A DNA stretch of 63,208 nt, filler included, from Octopus bimaculoides (Eukaryota): the NCBI RefSeq assembly GCF_001194135.2. It is 5 parts of 5 records of this genome, joined end to end, with 100 filler letters (N's around TTAATTAATTAA, not from the genome) between each part and the next. Parts side by side here need not be neighbours in the genome. Positions count along the whole stretch, not along the records: positions 27,671 to 31,095 come from NC_068986.1; positions 31,196 to 39,372 come from NC_069008.1; positions 39,473 to 63,208 come from NC_068995.1; 2 more parts are not named here. One strand, written 5' to 3'. Below are positions 27,856 through 42,904 of this stretch, one piece after another (the stretch's first letter is position 1; the number at the start of each line of letters is the position of its first letter). The notes below the pieces were generated by a model. The model did not search any database. It worked only from the letters and a program-made list of their open reading frames with translations, and was not told where the DNA came from. The position numbers and the translations under genes are program-made.

Positions 27856-28563
27856 TCTTTCATATGCAGTCAGATACATGCCTGTTATTGTTTAGAGCTT
27901 CACCTAGTCTCCCTCCATTATACGGATTATTTTAATACTATAGCTTGTTATAGTTAGTGACTAATGATATACAGGAATTATGAAAGATATATCATATATC
28001 ACTTGTACCTATGTATGCATCATCATTGTGCTTGTGTGGACGCTCTCCATTAGATGTGCCCTGATGAGCAGTTGTTGGGCTTCCATTGCAACATTGAAAC
28101 TTACGAATGGTACAAAACATACAATTTGGTATGAAATTCTGCTTCTCATAATTTATTTCCCATATATATATATATATATTTCGAAACATAAGCACTCATT
28201 ATAAGTACCGCCCCGTTCCATCCGAGAGGGTGTCACAGATACACCGGCGTCAATACAGAAAATAGAAAAATAACAGCCACAAACTAGGAAGAGTGAAATC
28301 CGAGCATATTCCGTTGTTATTCCTCCAGATCTGTTTTCTCCAAAATCTCCTTAAAACTCACAGAAAGAAGTGTCGGGTGAATCATAGGATATGAGAGCAT
28401 ATTCTAGAAAATGAAATCACATGTTGGTTCCCACAAACTAACTACTAAACGTAAGATGCAGATAACTTTGATAACCTCAATAGCCTTCGACCAGTATAAG
28501 CCCGGGTCATGTCTAACTCAATAGCACCACCTGGTGAAGTCTTTTAGTCATATATGGGCACAC

Positions 28564-28723
28564 TTTATTTTCAAACGCAGAAACGCTGACAGACCAGCAG
28601 AGAGACAGGATAAAATATCTATATAAAGCGGAAAAATTTGTCAGTGACCAGCCATGAGGCGCGAACTCACATCTCTTTGATTAACGATGATTTTCTATCA
28701 GCGTTTCTGCGCTTGAAAATAAA
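28564..28723. repeat. 30-bp inverted repeat with ~100-bp spacer (possible small MITE)
   Basis: TTTATTTTCAAACGCAGAAACGCTGACAGA versus the reverse complement of 28694-28723: 28/30 identical. Confidence 0.8.
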
Positions 28724-29119
28724 TTATTACCTTATCTGTATTTTACAATACATTTCAGCGCTTCTAAGAATAGACATTAGCTTGTTTACATTTATCGTAG
28801 CTACTAAATGATTTTTACGAAACCCCAGAGAACATGACACAAAGGCACCAGCAGTTGTCCAAACCCCAGAGAACCACACAAATGAACCAGCAGTTGTCCA
28901 AACTGAACCACAAAGAGAAACATACAACGAATAAGCTAACCATAAAATCTCCCGGAGCATTTATTAAAAAACAAAATCGAAACGAAATAAAAACGAAATT
29001 GACTTACCACATGGAAACATTCAACAGCAGACCTATCAACTCTTTTCCAATTGTTCTCCAAATAGTTTTGCATATTTCTCCAAAGTGTGAATGCTGATCA
29101 CAAAACATTAACGATTTTG

Positions 29120-29310
29120 ATATTTGTTGGAGGAAATAATTAGCAGTATTTCGCCCATTACTGCGTTCTGAGGTCAAATTCCGCCGAGGTCGACTTTGAC
29201 TTCCATTCTTTCGGGGTCGATAAAATAAGCACAAGTTAAATACTTGGGTCGATGTAATCGACTAGCCCCTCCCCTCAAATTTCATACCTTGTGTCTATAG
29301 TAAAAATGAT
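29120..29310 (+). mobile_element. tRNA-derived SINE, family A
   Basis: GTTCTGAGGTCAAATTCCGCCGAGGTCGACTTTG...GGGGTCGATAAAATAAG core. Confidence 0.85.
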
Positions 29311-29519
29311 ATTTAGATAAAGTTGGCACGATATTAGAAACCTATGCAGATTTACGGAAAAAGTTTTTAGGTGTTGTAGATATCTTTGAAATAGGATACT
29401 TCAAGGCACAAATAGTGAATCATAAGTGGTGAACTGTCTGGTTGTCAAAGATTCTTCTACGTTTCTCCCTCTTGATATGTATGTGCTGAGGGTTAGTTCC
29501 ATATAGGCACATCTTCGAT

Positions 29520-30001
29520 GGATGTAGGTGTTGACGAATAGTTGAATGACCAAATCCAAGCTTCTATGCTAGTTCCTCAGTAATTGCAATGGGATTTTGT
29601 TCCACCAGGGTTTGCGGACGTCCTCGTCGAGCTCTACAGATCTTTTAGGACGAGGTTTGTCTTCTAGGCTGTAGTTTCCGGCTCGGAATTTCTGGAACCA
29701 CCGTTGACATTGGCTTACGCTTATTGTCCGATCCCCATATACTGTATCAATATTCCTCACACTTTTCGTTGCGTTGTTTTCTTTATTGAACTCATAAAGC
29801 AAAATATCCCGAATATTTTCCTCTTTCACTTCCATTATAGCTTTGAAAATATAACTGTTAAAATAGAAAACTTGCACTAAGAATAATGAGAAAATTACCA
29901 CGTGCTTTTTAGCGAGTTGATGCAGGTAGTTTATCCCACCAACCCCCTCCGACTTTTAGTTCATGCAACTGAAAATAACCGCATTATTTATCGGACGACC
30001 A
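29520..30001 (-). mobile_element. Mariner transposon 5' end (TIR plus transposase HTH domain), truncated
   Basis: ATG at 29835 gives MEVKEENIRDILLYEFNKENNATKSVRNIDTVYGDRTISVSQCQRWFQKFRAGNYSLEDKPR...; after a frameshift LA*KLGFGHSTIRQHL. The TIR-like end abuts (TA)n. Confidence 0.9.
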
Positions 30002-30045
<44 letters not shown>

Positions 30046-31006
30046 TACATACATATGTAGCTGTCTGTATAAGTGCATGTATGTATGTGTTCGTGCATGT
30101 CTACATTTGTGCTTGCACTTGTCCCCTACCGCCACTTGACAACGACGACTGGTGTGGGTGTGTTTACGTCCACATAACTTAGCGTTTCACCAAAACAGAC
30201 CGATAGGCTAAGTACCAGGCTTAAACAGGAAATAAGTGCTGGGGACGATTAGTTCAACTGAAAATTTCTCAAGGCGTTGCCTCAGCAGTAAAAGATTTTG
30301 TAGCTGTGAATGGGTGCCTGGAATGAATTTTACATGTACGCTGGTAACACGCAGAAAGAAGATGAAGACAACAAAATGTATAATAGTGTACCGTCTGCAT
30401 ATCTTAAATATAACAATATGTGGACGGTAAATCAGTTCATGGATATGGTATCTGAATGAAGGGTTTTTTTACTTAAACTATCGTTAAGAGACATTTTCTG
30501 ATGATGGATTCGGTATATTCGATATTTAGTCAGGCTAGGATCAGTATAGATATTCTAGATAAAAGACATATAAACATCTTTTGTAACCGAAAACTATATG
30601 CATCATTTTTTGATCTTACAGTGCTTGTATTAAGATTGCTCTCCGAGGTCATCGTCAATAATGAACGAGGAATGTCTATCAAAGAGTAAAATTGAGAAAG
30701 TGAAGTACTTAAAACTTGAAGGGTTACGACAACTGTCACCTGGTGAATTACAGTGCAGCTAAAAGCATGGATCTTTTTTAAAACGGGGGCCACATTTTTC
30801 ATTAACGAAACACTTTGAAACTTGGAACACTGGTAGAATGTGTCATATAAAACATCTTTTTCTCTTAGTCTTCTTTAAAAAAAAGAAATCCATAAGTTAT
30901 TCCATGTTAAAGTTGTCGTATTTCTGTAATTTCAACCAATCACTGACGTCCATTCAGCCGATATGCATTAAGTGCCGACTACATAAACAACCGATTCTGA
31001 AACAAT

Positions 31007-31056
31007 TAACCCTAACCCTAACCCTAACCCTAACCCTAGGGTTAGGGTTAGGGTTA
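31007..31056. repeat. Interstitial telomere-type repeat (TAACCC)5-TA-(GGGTTA)3
   Basis: Direct reading; 31019-31056 is a perfect 38-bp palindrome. Confidence 0.95.
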
Positions 31057-31195
31057 AAGCAAATTTAAAATGAAAAAAGCAAATAAAACGAAGATNNNNN
31101 NNNNNNNNNNNNNNNNNNNNNNNNNNNNNNNNNNNNNNNTTAATTAATTAANNNNNNNNNNNNNNNNNNNNNNNNNNNNNNNNNNNNNNNNNNNN

Positions 31196-32070
31196 TATTA
31201 CCATCCCCTGTCTCTCTCTCGCTCTCTCTCTCCTCGTCTCGCGGACGCTGTTTCTCTCCCCCCTCCCTCTTTTTCTCTGTCTCTGTCTCTCTCTCTCACT
31301 TTCTCTCTTACACGCAGACATACACTGTTTACTCTATCGAACTATCACCATCTCCCCCCTCTCTCATCCTCTCACAACCACTATTTCCTCCCCTTACTTC
31401 TTACTGTCTATCTTTCTTTCCCTTACACACGCCTTCTCTCTCGCTCCCTCGCTATCACTCTCTCCCTTTCTCTCTCTGTTTCGCTCTCATACGCTCTCTA
31501 TACCTAATAACACTATCACCATCCCATCTCCCCCCTCTTTCCCTAACAAACGCTAGTCTTTCTTTCTCTCCCTCACGCTCACTCACTCTCTCTGTCTGTC
31601 TGCTCTTTCTCTCCCTCACTCACGCTTTTTCTTTCCCGTTCCGTCTGTCTGTCTCTGTCTGTCTCTTCCTCTCCCCCCCCATCTCTCTCTCTCTTACACA
31701 CGCTCCAGACTATATACTCTCTCACCACCCTCTCGCTCTCTTTCATTCTCTCAAAGACGTCATTCCTCTCCGCTATCTCTCTCTCTGTCTGTTTCCCTCT
31801 CACTCACACCCTCTCTCTTTCTTTCTCTCTCTCTCTCTTTCTCCTTCTCTCTCTGTAACACATACACACTCTGTAGTCTACCACATCACCATCCCCGTTC
31901 TCTATCGCTCCTTCTCTCGCTCCCCTCTCTCTATCTGTGTTTTCCTCTCGTGCTCCCCCTCTCTTTCTCTCGCATTGAAGACTCACGCACTCCCTTGTTC
32001 TATCACGCTATCACCTTTCTCTCTCTCTCCCCCCCTCTCTCTCTCATTCTCTTACATACTCCTCCCCTCT

Positions 32071-32121
<51 letters not shown>

Positions 32122-32333
32122 CACACTAACACAACAAACTCAAACCAGCTTCACTCCCTCTCTCTCTCTGTCACCTTTATTCTCTCTCCCTCTCTCTTAC
32201 AAACACAGACCTATCACCAGCCTCCCTCTCCTTGTCTCTTATCGTTTCACAGGACACTAACCTCTTCCCCCCCTCTCTCTCTCTCTCTTTCATAAAAATA
32301 GTTACTTTCTCTTCTATTTCACTATCGCCTCAT

Positions 32334-32364
<31 letters not shown>

Positions 32365-33350
32365 CGCACACACATTCGTTCTCTCTTTCTCCCGCTCCCT
32401 TCTTCTCGTCATCCTCCCCTTACGTTATTTTTCTCTCTTTCATACAGTTACTTTCTTTTCTGCCTAACTATCATTCTCTCTCTCTCTCTTACACACTCTC
32501 ACTCCTTTCTTTCTTTCCCTCCCTCATCCTCTCATAGTCATTATTCCTCCCTTTCTTTTAACTTTCTCTCTCTCTTTCTTACAAACAGTTACTTTCTATT
32601 CCAACCAACCAACCACTTTCTCTCTCTCTCTCTCTCTCTCGTTATCTCTCTCCCTTTCGTTTACTCTCACAGACCCACTCCTCCCTTTCTTTTCTCTCTC
32701 TCCCTTTCGTTTACTCTCACAGACCCACTCCTCCCTTTCTTTTCTCTCTCTCTCCCTCTCTCCTTTCTCTTTCACTTTCTCTTAACCTCTCTCTCCCTCT
32801 TGTTCTCTTCCTCTCTCCGTCCCTCTCCCTCGCCCCTTCTCCCAGACGCCACTTCCCGCCTCATTCGATCCATCTCTCCCACTCACACCCAAACACACAA
32901 CAAATACAAACACTCCAGACTCTATCAGCTTCACTCACTCACTCACTCTCTGTCACTCTCTCCCTCTTATTCTCTCCCCATCACCCATACTCTCTCTCAC
33001 TTTCTCATCCCTTCTCTCTCTCTCTCTCTCTCACAAACACTTAATATTCTATCAAACATCATAGTCTCTCTCTCTCTCCTCTCTCCTCTCTCCCACCCTC
33101 ACACACTAACACACAACATCCACACACAAGACTCAATCAGCTTCACTTTCTCTCTCTCTCTCATCCCCTTACTCTTTCACCCTACTCTCTCTCTCTCTAC
33201 ATATTCATCTATATATCAACTTACCTACCGACCGACCTTCCTTCCTTTCCTACCTTCCTATCTCTCTACCTGTCTGTCTATCTATCTTTCTATCTATTCA
33301 CCTACCTACCTACCTACCTATCTATCTATCTATCTATCTGCCTCCACACG
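31196..33350. repeat. ~2.1-kb CT-rich polypyrimidine low-complexity tract, with a perfect 50-bp tandem duplication (32651-32750) and a (CTAT/CTAC)n end
   Basis: Direct reading. Confidence 0.9.
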
Positions 33351-33393
33351 CCCGGCCCTAAACACAAACCTAAACACAACTTAACGTGAAAAT

Positions 33394-33465
33394 ATGATGT
33401 GCTTTGCAGATATGCAACGAGCAGCAATACCAGCTGAAAGGAATATGTACGAAAACTTTGCCGCG
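33394..33465 (+). CDS. Candidate short coding exon (MMCFADMQRAAIPAERNMYENFAA), product unknown
   Basis: Non-repetitive open 72 nt ending at a consensus donor GCG|GTAAGT (33466). There is an alternative acceptor TGCTTTGCAG| at 33409 just before ATG 33412. No homology recognised. Confidence 0.3.
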
Positions 33466-33605
33466 GTAAGTCTCTCCCCTACCGTGACGTCGACCACGGC
33501 GACGTCGTCGACGGCGCCGACGGTAATAATAACAACAACAACAATAACAATAATAATAATGATGATGGTGATGATGGTGTTTATTATTGTCATTATTATC
33601 ATTAC

Positions 33606-33642
<37 letters not shown>

Positions 33643-33749
33643 GTCGTTGTTACTAATTGTTGTTTGTCGACGTCGTCGTCCTAAGGGACGTTGTTTGTGT
33701 TATCATTCGCGTTACGGCATTATTTATTTGTCAATGTTGTTTCGATATT

Positions 33750-36850
<3,101 letters not shown>

Positions 36851-37574
36851 CATTCTCTGTATATTTCCGTGTCATATACTCGCATTCATCCTGATCCCAA
36901 CCCGCCCATGACCACCACCACCGACTATGTGATGTGGTTGAGTGAAATCTCTGTTCGTTTGTGCACAAAGTTTTTGCAGGGGTCGCTAATCAGTTATACA
37001 GCTTACCCTCAGGTAGTTTGGGGATATTTACGGCCCCATTCCGAAAATCTATGTTCCCCAAAATAATGTCAATATCTGTTTTTACTTTACTTCTTTTGGT
37101 TGTGAAAAGAGCGTTGGGATGGTGCATATTTTCTTTTCCGCGGGTATTTCGTAGCCCTTTGCTACCCAAAAACTATTACGGATGCTTCTTGCGGTGGTTG
37201 TTGTTTGTGTTAACATCTGCCGGGTGGAATCAGAAGTTCTAAATTCAGGCCCGTTGTTCAATCCCTTTTTCAACCCGCAGTATAACACCGGCGCTTATTG
37301 TTGTTAAAACGGTCCCAGACAGGTATATTTTGTTTTAATGGGTGCCCGATTCTACCCTTTTTCTATCCACAAAGTGTTGTTCTGATGATGAAGTTTTAAT
37401 TTCAAGAGTCGCAGTCCTACCCACCTTTTCAATCCACAAAATAATACGGAAGTTCATTGTTGTAATTGTGAATTAAAAAGGATCGGGAAGGGTAGACAGT
37501 TTTCTTTCAGTGTCGGATTGTACCCCTATTGTACCTGTAAAATACGAGTAATCATTGTTGTCGTCCTTGCTGCA

Positions 37575-37962
37575 GTCGTGGCACTCCGTCGGTTGCGACA
37601 ACGAGGGTCCCAGTTGATTCGATCAACGGAACAGCCTGCTAGTGAAATTAACATGCAAGTGGCTGAGCATTCCACAGACACGTGTACCCTTAACGTAGTT
37701 CTCGGGAAGATTCAGCGTGACAGAGAGTGTGACAGAGCTGGCCCTTTGAAATACAGGTACAACAGAAACAGGAAGAAAGAGTGAAAGAAAGTTGTGGTGA
37801 AATAGTACAGCAGGGTTCGCTACCCCCACCCGTTGCCGGAGCCTCGTCGAACTTTAGGTGTTTCAGCTCAATAAACACTCACAATACTCGGTCTGGAAAT
37901 CGAAACCGCGATGCCACGACCGCGAGTCCGCTGCCCTAACCACTGGGCCATTGTACTTCCAC
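37575..37962 (-). mobile_element. Full-length tRNA-derived SINE, third family
   Basis: The minus-strand head has A-box TGGCCCAGTGG and B-box GGTTTCGATTTCC, followed by ~330 bp of non-tRNA body. A fragment of the body recurs at ~43000. Confidence 0.8.
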
Positions 37963-38048
37963 TTTTGCTGTAGTAAACAGACGCCAGACGGGATTTCAAG
38001 ATTTTAGTCAGGGATAGGCTTGTCCCCTTGTTGTCTCATAATATAAAC

Positions 38049-38305
38049 CAATGTGTCTCAACCTGGGTCCATATGGTCCCTGGGGGTTCATATAGGATTC
38101 CGTTGTTAAAGTTTATGTGGAATAAATTGGTTACACTCCTGTAATACGCAAAATATTAAAAGATAATTTATACAACTGAATAATATTTAATAATAGAAAT
38201 AAATCGGGGCTTCTTAAAATATCGAAAGGCTCTGAGGGTCCGTATGAGTAAAATAGAAATCGAAGGGGTCGGGTCCATAAGCAAAATCGTGGTTGAGAGC
38301 TTCTG
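38049..38305. mobile_element. hAT (Charlie-like) MITE
   Basis: TIRs CAATGTGTCTCAACC / GGTTGAGAGCTTCTG; TSD ATATAAAC / ATATAAAT (7/8); interior similar to 20711-20978. Confidence 0.8.
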
Positions 38306-38539
38306 ATATAAATCATTGTTGATGCTTGGTCCCAGATTAAACAAGATAGAGCAGAGTAGAACATATGAAAGACGTTCCACCTTCGACCGTCCAGATTCAT
38401 TTCAAACCCACTTGCTAGTTTTCAGTTTATCCACGCATTTTTTCATATATATATATATTTTTTTAAGAGATCATGGGCCAACAGCTAAACCCTTTATAGA
38501 AGGGAAACATAAGGTAACCCCATAAACCGACCTTCCCCA

Positions 38540-38650
<111 letters not shown>

Positions 38651-39472
38651 TGTGTGTGTGTGATTCTAATATTCACCCACGAGTGAGGAAGCGAGGTGTA
38701 GTGGTTAGGGCATTTTCACCGGGCGGTGCGTTTGTGTTGTTGAGCAAAAAAAAAAAAAGAACAAGAAACCCANNNNNNNNNNCGTTTGTGTTGTTGAGCA
38801 AAAAAAAAAAAAGAACAAGAAACCCACTTCATTTTACCTTGTCACAGTCTGGTCAGCCGTACATCGATAACCCCACGACGGACAGGTGCCCCATTCAGAA
38901 GGAAAGTTGTGATCTCCATCGTTTATATACTGTGTGGGACCCGGGTGACCAGCCCTATATGTCCTAGGACTTCTGAAACAATGTCCAGAGGGAGGGGGAG
39001 ATGATGATGATTCACCAACAGGTGTCTCATCCAATTAAAGTGAAAATCTAGGGTTTTCGTAGCACCACCTTCCACCCCTTTCTCTTCTTAGAACCCTCAC
39101 GTCCCTTCTCTGTCCCAGAAATCACCTGTCACTAACAATGTTTGTTGTGAGTTTTTCATCCAATGCTGTATCCTCCATTTCGCCCATCTGTCCCCTTCCT
39201 CAAACATGGCCCTTAATGTAAAAATCCACCTATAACCCTCATCCGTGAGACCTTGATGCGAAAATCCATTTATTATCTTTCTCCGTGTCCCTTAATATTT
39301 ATCGCCCTTGTTCGTAGCCCTTTGATACAAAAATCCACCCGTCTCCTTCATCCGCGGAACCTTGATGCGGAANNNNNNNNNNNNNNNNNNNNNNNNNNNN
39401 NNNNNNNNNNNNNNNNTTAATTAATTAANNNNNNNNNNNNNNNNNNNNNNNNNNNNNNNNNNNNNNNNNNNN

Positions 39473-40390
39473 GGTGTGGATAGTGGTGAAGGGATATCTA
39501 TGTAGGATGAAGTGGTGAGCCATGAGTTGAGACTGAGTCTCAAAGTCATGGTTGTCACTACAGAGCCTGCGTAGACAAAGGAATTAGGAATAGGGGATGG
39601 AAAGCTTGGTGTGTTTAGGGTAGGAGGAGGAGAAGTTGAGGTGTGAGTCTGTGTGTTTGTAATGGATGGAGGTGGTTAGAGTGGAGTGATGGATGCTGAC
39701 CGAAATGTCAAGATAGGTGACTGAGGTGCCAGAGATAGTGCAGGAGAAGTGGAGGGCAAGATGGAAAGATTTGACAAAAGAGAGGAAGGAGTCCAGATAT
39801 TCGCGGGAGAGTGAGGTTGCACTGATACAGTCGTTAATATAAAAGCCATATAGTTCAGGAGTGGGACCAGTGAAACTTGAGAATATTTGGGCCTCAACAT
39901 AGCCAACGAACAGGTTTGCATAGTTGGAACCCATTCTCGTTCCCATGGCCACTTCTGGGAGAAATCGCCTGCGAACGAGAAGCAGTTGAGTGAGAGGACA
40001 AGTTCGGACAGCGGAACGAGTGTGGAGGTCAAAGAAATGTTTGAGTGCATGTAGCCCCTCGTGGTGATGGATCACTGTGTAGAAGCTCTGGATATCGAGA
40101 GTGAAGAGAAGCTGGCGGAGAGCTTCGACCTTGTAGAGGTCTGCGCGCCATACCACCATGGCTCCATCCTTGTCGGCCGGTTTTATAATGATGTCAGTGC
40201 GGCATCAGAGAGATCGAAGGGCCGAGAGTTCAGCTAGAGAGATGTTGAGATGACAGGGACACCTGGAAAAGTTAAACCAGTCCGCAGCGTGCCCACAAAA
40301 TGATCAACTGCTTGGAACAGGCCAGGAGCAGGTGTCCACTGGGATGGTCGGCGGCCCAGGTTGGTGAAGCAGTCCTCCTCGTTATATGTG
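39473..40390 (-). mobile_element. Penelope-like element reverse transcriptase, pseudogenised
   Basis: Motifs RRPSQWTP.PG, ADKDGAMVVWRADLYKVEALRQL, DIQSFYTVIHH.EGL.AL, AMGTRMG.NYANLFVGYVE, FYIND (from RYIDD), YLDISV, YKHTDSH, IPYS.FL.LRRLCS; several frameshifts. Confidence 0.9.
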
Positions 40391-40927
40391 AGTGGAGTGT
40401 CACAGAAAAGCGCACATATCTGAGTGGTTGGCGTTAGGAAGGGCATCNNNNNNNNNNNNNNNNNNNNNNNNNNNNNNNNNNNNNNNNNNNNNNNNNNNNN
40501 NNNNNNNNNNNNNNNNNNNNNNNNNNNNNNNNNNNNNNNNNNNNNNNNNNNNNNNNNNNNNNNNNNNNNNNNNNNNNNNNNNNNNNNNNNNNNNNNNNNN
40601 NNNNNNNNNNNNNNNNNNNNNNNNNNNNNNNNNNNNNNNNNNNNNNNNNNNNNNNNNNNNNNNNNNNNNNNNNNNNNNNNNNNNNNNNNNNNNNNNNNCA
40701 TACATATGTACACATACATATATATACATATATACACACACACATACATACATATGGCATTGCCTAAATCTTCATTACCAATATATGTATATGTATATGT
40801 ATGTATGTGTGTGTATATAGGTATATATGTATATGTATGTATGTGTGTGTATATATATATATGTGTATATATGTATATATATGTATGTGTCATGCTAATT
40901 CCTGAGAATTATATGCAGAGTACATAC

Positions 40928-41282
40928 CTCTGTGAAATGTTGAATCACTTTACATGTTAATTTAGAGAACATGTACTTCAGGAGACCTAACAACTGAATA
41001 CTTATCACTGGTATCAAGAGAGATCCATTTATAAGGACAAGCTGAAGAGTAATGTCAAAATGGTATAAGAGACTTTGTTTTAACCATCATTAACAGGCTT
41101 AAGGGTGCAAGGCAAAGGAGAAAAGCAGCCGCAAATATACTACCTGCACTGACCTGTAATCCTTATTACTACAACTTCTATAGGTTTCTTTGCATTTGTT
41201 GACAGGACCCAAATGTCACATTTGACATAAGCATCATGACTGACAAAGAAAGTGTGGGCTGTTGGATCTTCATACATTGAAA
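40928..41282 (-). CDS. Candidate pair of phase-compatible exons (41282-41154, 129 nt; 40986-40928, 59 nt), product unknown
   Basis: Splice signals are CTCTTCCATCAG|...ACAG|GTCAGT, a 167-nt intron, then TTGTTAG|...GAG|GTATGT. The spliced frame is open: VSMYEDPTAHTFFVSHDAYVKCDIWVLSTNAKKPIEVVVIRITGLLKYMFSKLTCKVIQHFTE. Confidence 0.3.
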
Positions 41283-42487
41283 CTGATGGAAGAGCCCATC
41301 ACACTCACACACACACATATATATTATATGTAATTATGTATGTATATTTGTTAGAACAGACACCATAGAGTGGTGATCCAGTTTTCAGTAAAGAGTAAGT
41401 TTAGAGTCTCATAATTCTGAAATGTAAACCCTATCAATGCCAAGTCTATTTGTCATTCCTTGAAGAAGTATAAGTAACTCGGTGGCATTGATGTGAAGTG
41501 CTTAAGTGGATAAGGTATTGGGTATTTATGTTCAAAATTTATGAATTTCTATGCCATCCCATGACCTGCCAGAAAAAGCAGCAATATTCCCTCAAATACA
41601 CTTTTAAAGAAAGAGGAGACATTGAATATGGTCTCCAATATACAAAAAGATAAAACAGTCACAACTAGAATGTTTGAGAATTTTCATAGTGTGCAGTTCA
41701 AGAGTAGATTGGTTTCTTATGTGCATTCATTAACTGAATTTATGCACCAACTTCATATGATTTTGTAGCTCTTGGAGATATAATTTTGCAAATAAAGTGA
41801 AAGTCATCAAACTCAACTTTCCACCTCATAACATAGAGATCATGGGTCTGATGGATATGGTGTGAATTATTTTCTCTTATTCATGTTCAGTGTTACATAT
41901 GATACCCAGTTGTGAAACCTCTTCTTATCAATCAAGACAGTTGACACCTCTCACTTGAAGCTTCATATTCTTTCATCAGCAGCAAAAAAAAAAATTTTTT
42001 TTTACTGCATGAAAGCCAACAGTCTTAGTATCTTAGAATTCATTGGACTTTTTTGGTATCTTTAGATTACATGTAGCTATATAGAGATTTAAGAAACTAT
42101 ACAAACCCATTTTAAACTCAAAAGAGACTTTAAAGACTGCCTTTTAGCAATAATTTTCTAGTACAAAGCAGAGAGATAATCTTCTGAATATTCTGATAGC
42201 CTTTTACAGGTAAGATTCTCAGCTAATCTAATAACAATTTCAGAAAGATAAGTGAATTAAGGTAATGTAGAATAATTGCCAGGATTAAATTTGAGCTTAT
42301 AGCCAACTATTTTACAACTGTTTTAGTGAATTGAGGTTATTCAACAGCAATATTTGTTGTTGCTGTTTATAACTGATTGAGCAGACCTTTGATCAAAGGT
42401 CATTCCAGCCAGGACTGTCTTGTCTTTATTAAGCTCGCTCTGGTACAAAAAAAAAAAAGAAAGTAATATTGGATAGTGGTTCTATGG

Positions 42488-42904
42488 TAGTGGGGTTCTC
42501 AACCAATTTTTATCTATGGACCCCTTTGATTATTATTTTATTCTGGTGGACCCCCATAGCCATTCAATGTTTAAAAACTAGTTTTATAGATATCTCTTTC
42601 AAAATTCCTATTTCACTTTTTGCCCATTAACTTGTGTAGGCTGAACTATCTTTTAACTTTTATTTGTTTCAGTCACTAGACTGTGGCCATGCTGGGGCAG
42701 CACCTTGAAGAATTTTTAGTTGAATGAAACATTCAAGAAAGAAGTCTAGTCATTTCTTGCAATAAATACATTTAAAGCAAACTTTTTACATGGACCGTTA
42801 ACATACAACTGCAGGTCTCCAATTTACTATTTTGCTTGCATGGACCCCGCCAAAATCTTATATGGAACCCCAAGGGTCATATGGATTCTGGTTGAGAACC
42901 ACTG
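42488..42904. mobile_element. hAT MITE with a nested SINE-B 3' fragment (~42660-42725)
   Basis: Left GGGGTTCTCAACC, right GGTTGAGAACCACTG; degenerate 8-bp TSD TTCTATGG / CTCTATAG; same orientation as the 13371 copy. Confidence 0.75.

Noticed and set aside
28055-28130. CTGATGAG...GAAA hammerhead-like core
   Set aside because: Stems I-III cannot be paired properly.
31007-31056. Ancient telomere-telomere fusion site
   Set aside because: The orientation is opposite to a fusion and the array is only 8 units.
37890-37962. tRNA gene
   Set aside because: A and B boxes are present but there is no full cloverleaf, and it continues into a SINE body.
38729-38826. Identical 44-bp direct repeat
   Set aside because: The copies flank a 10-N gap exactly; this is an unmerged contig overlap.
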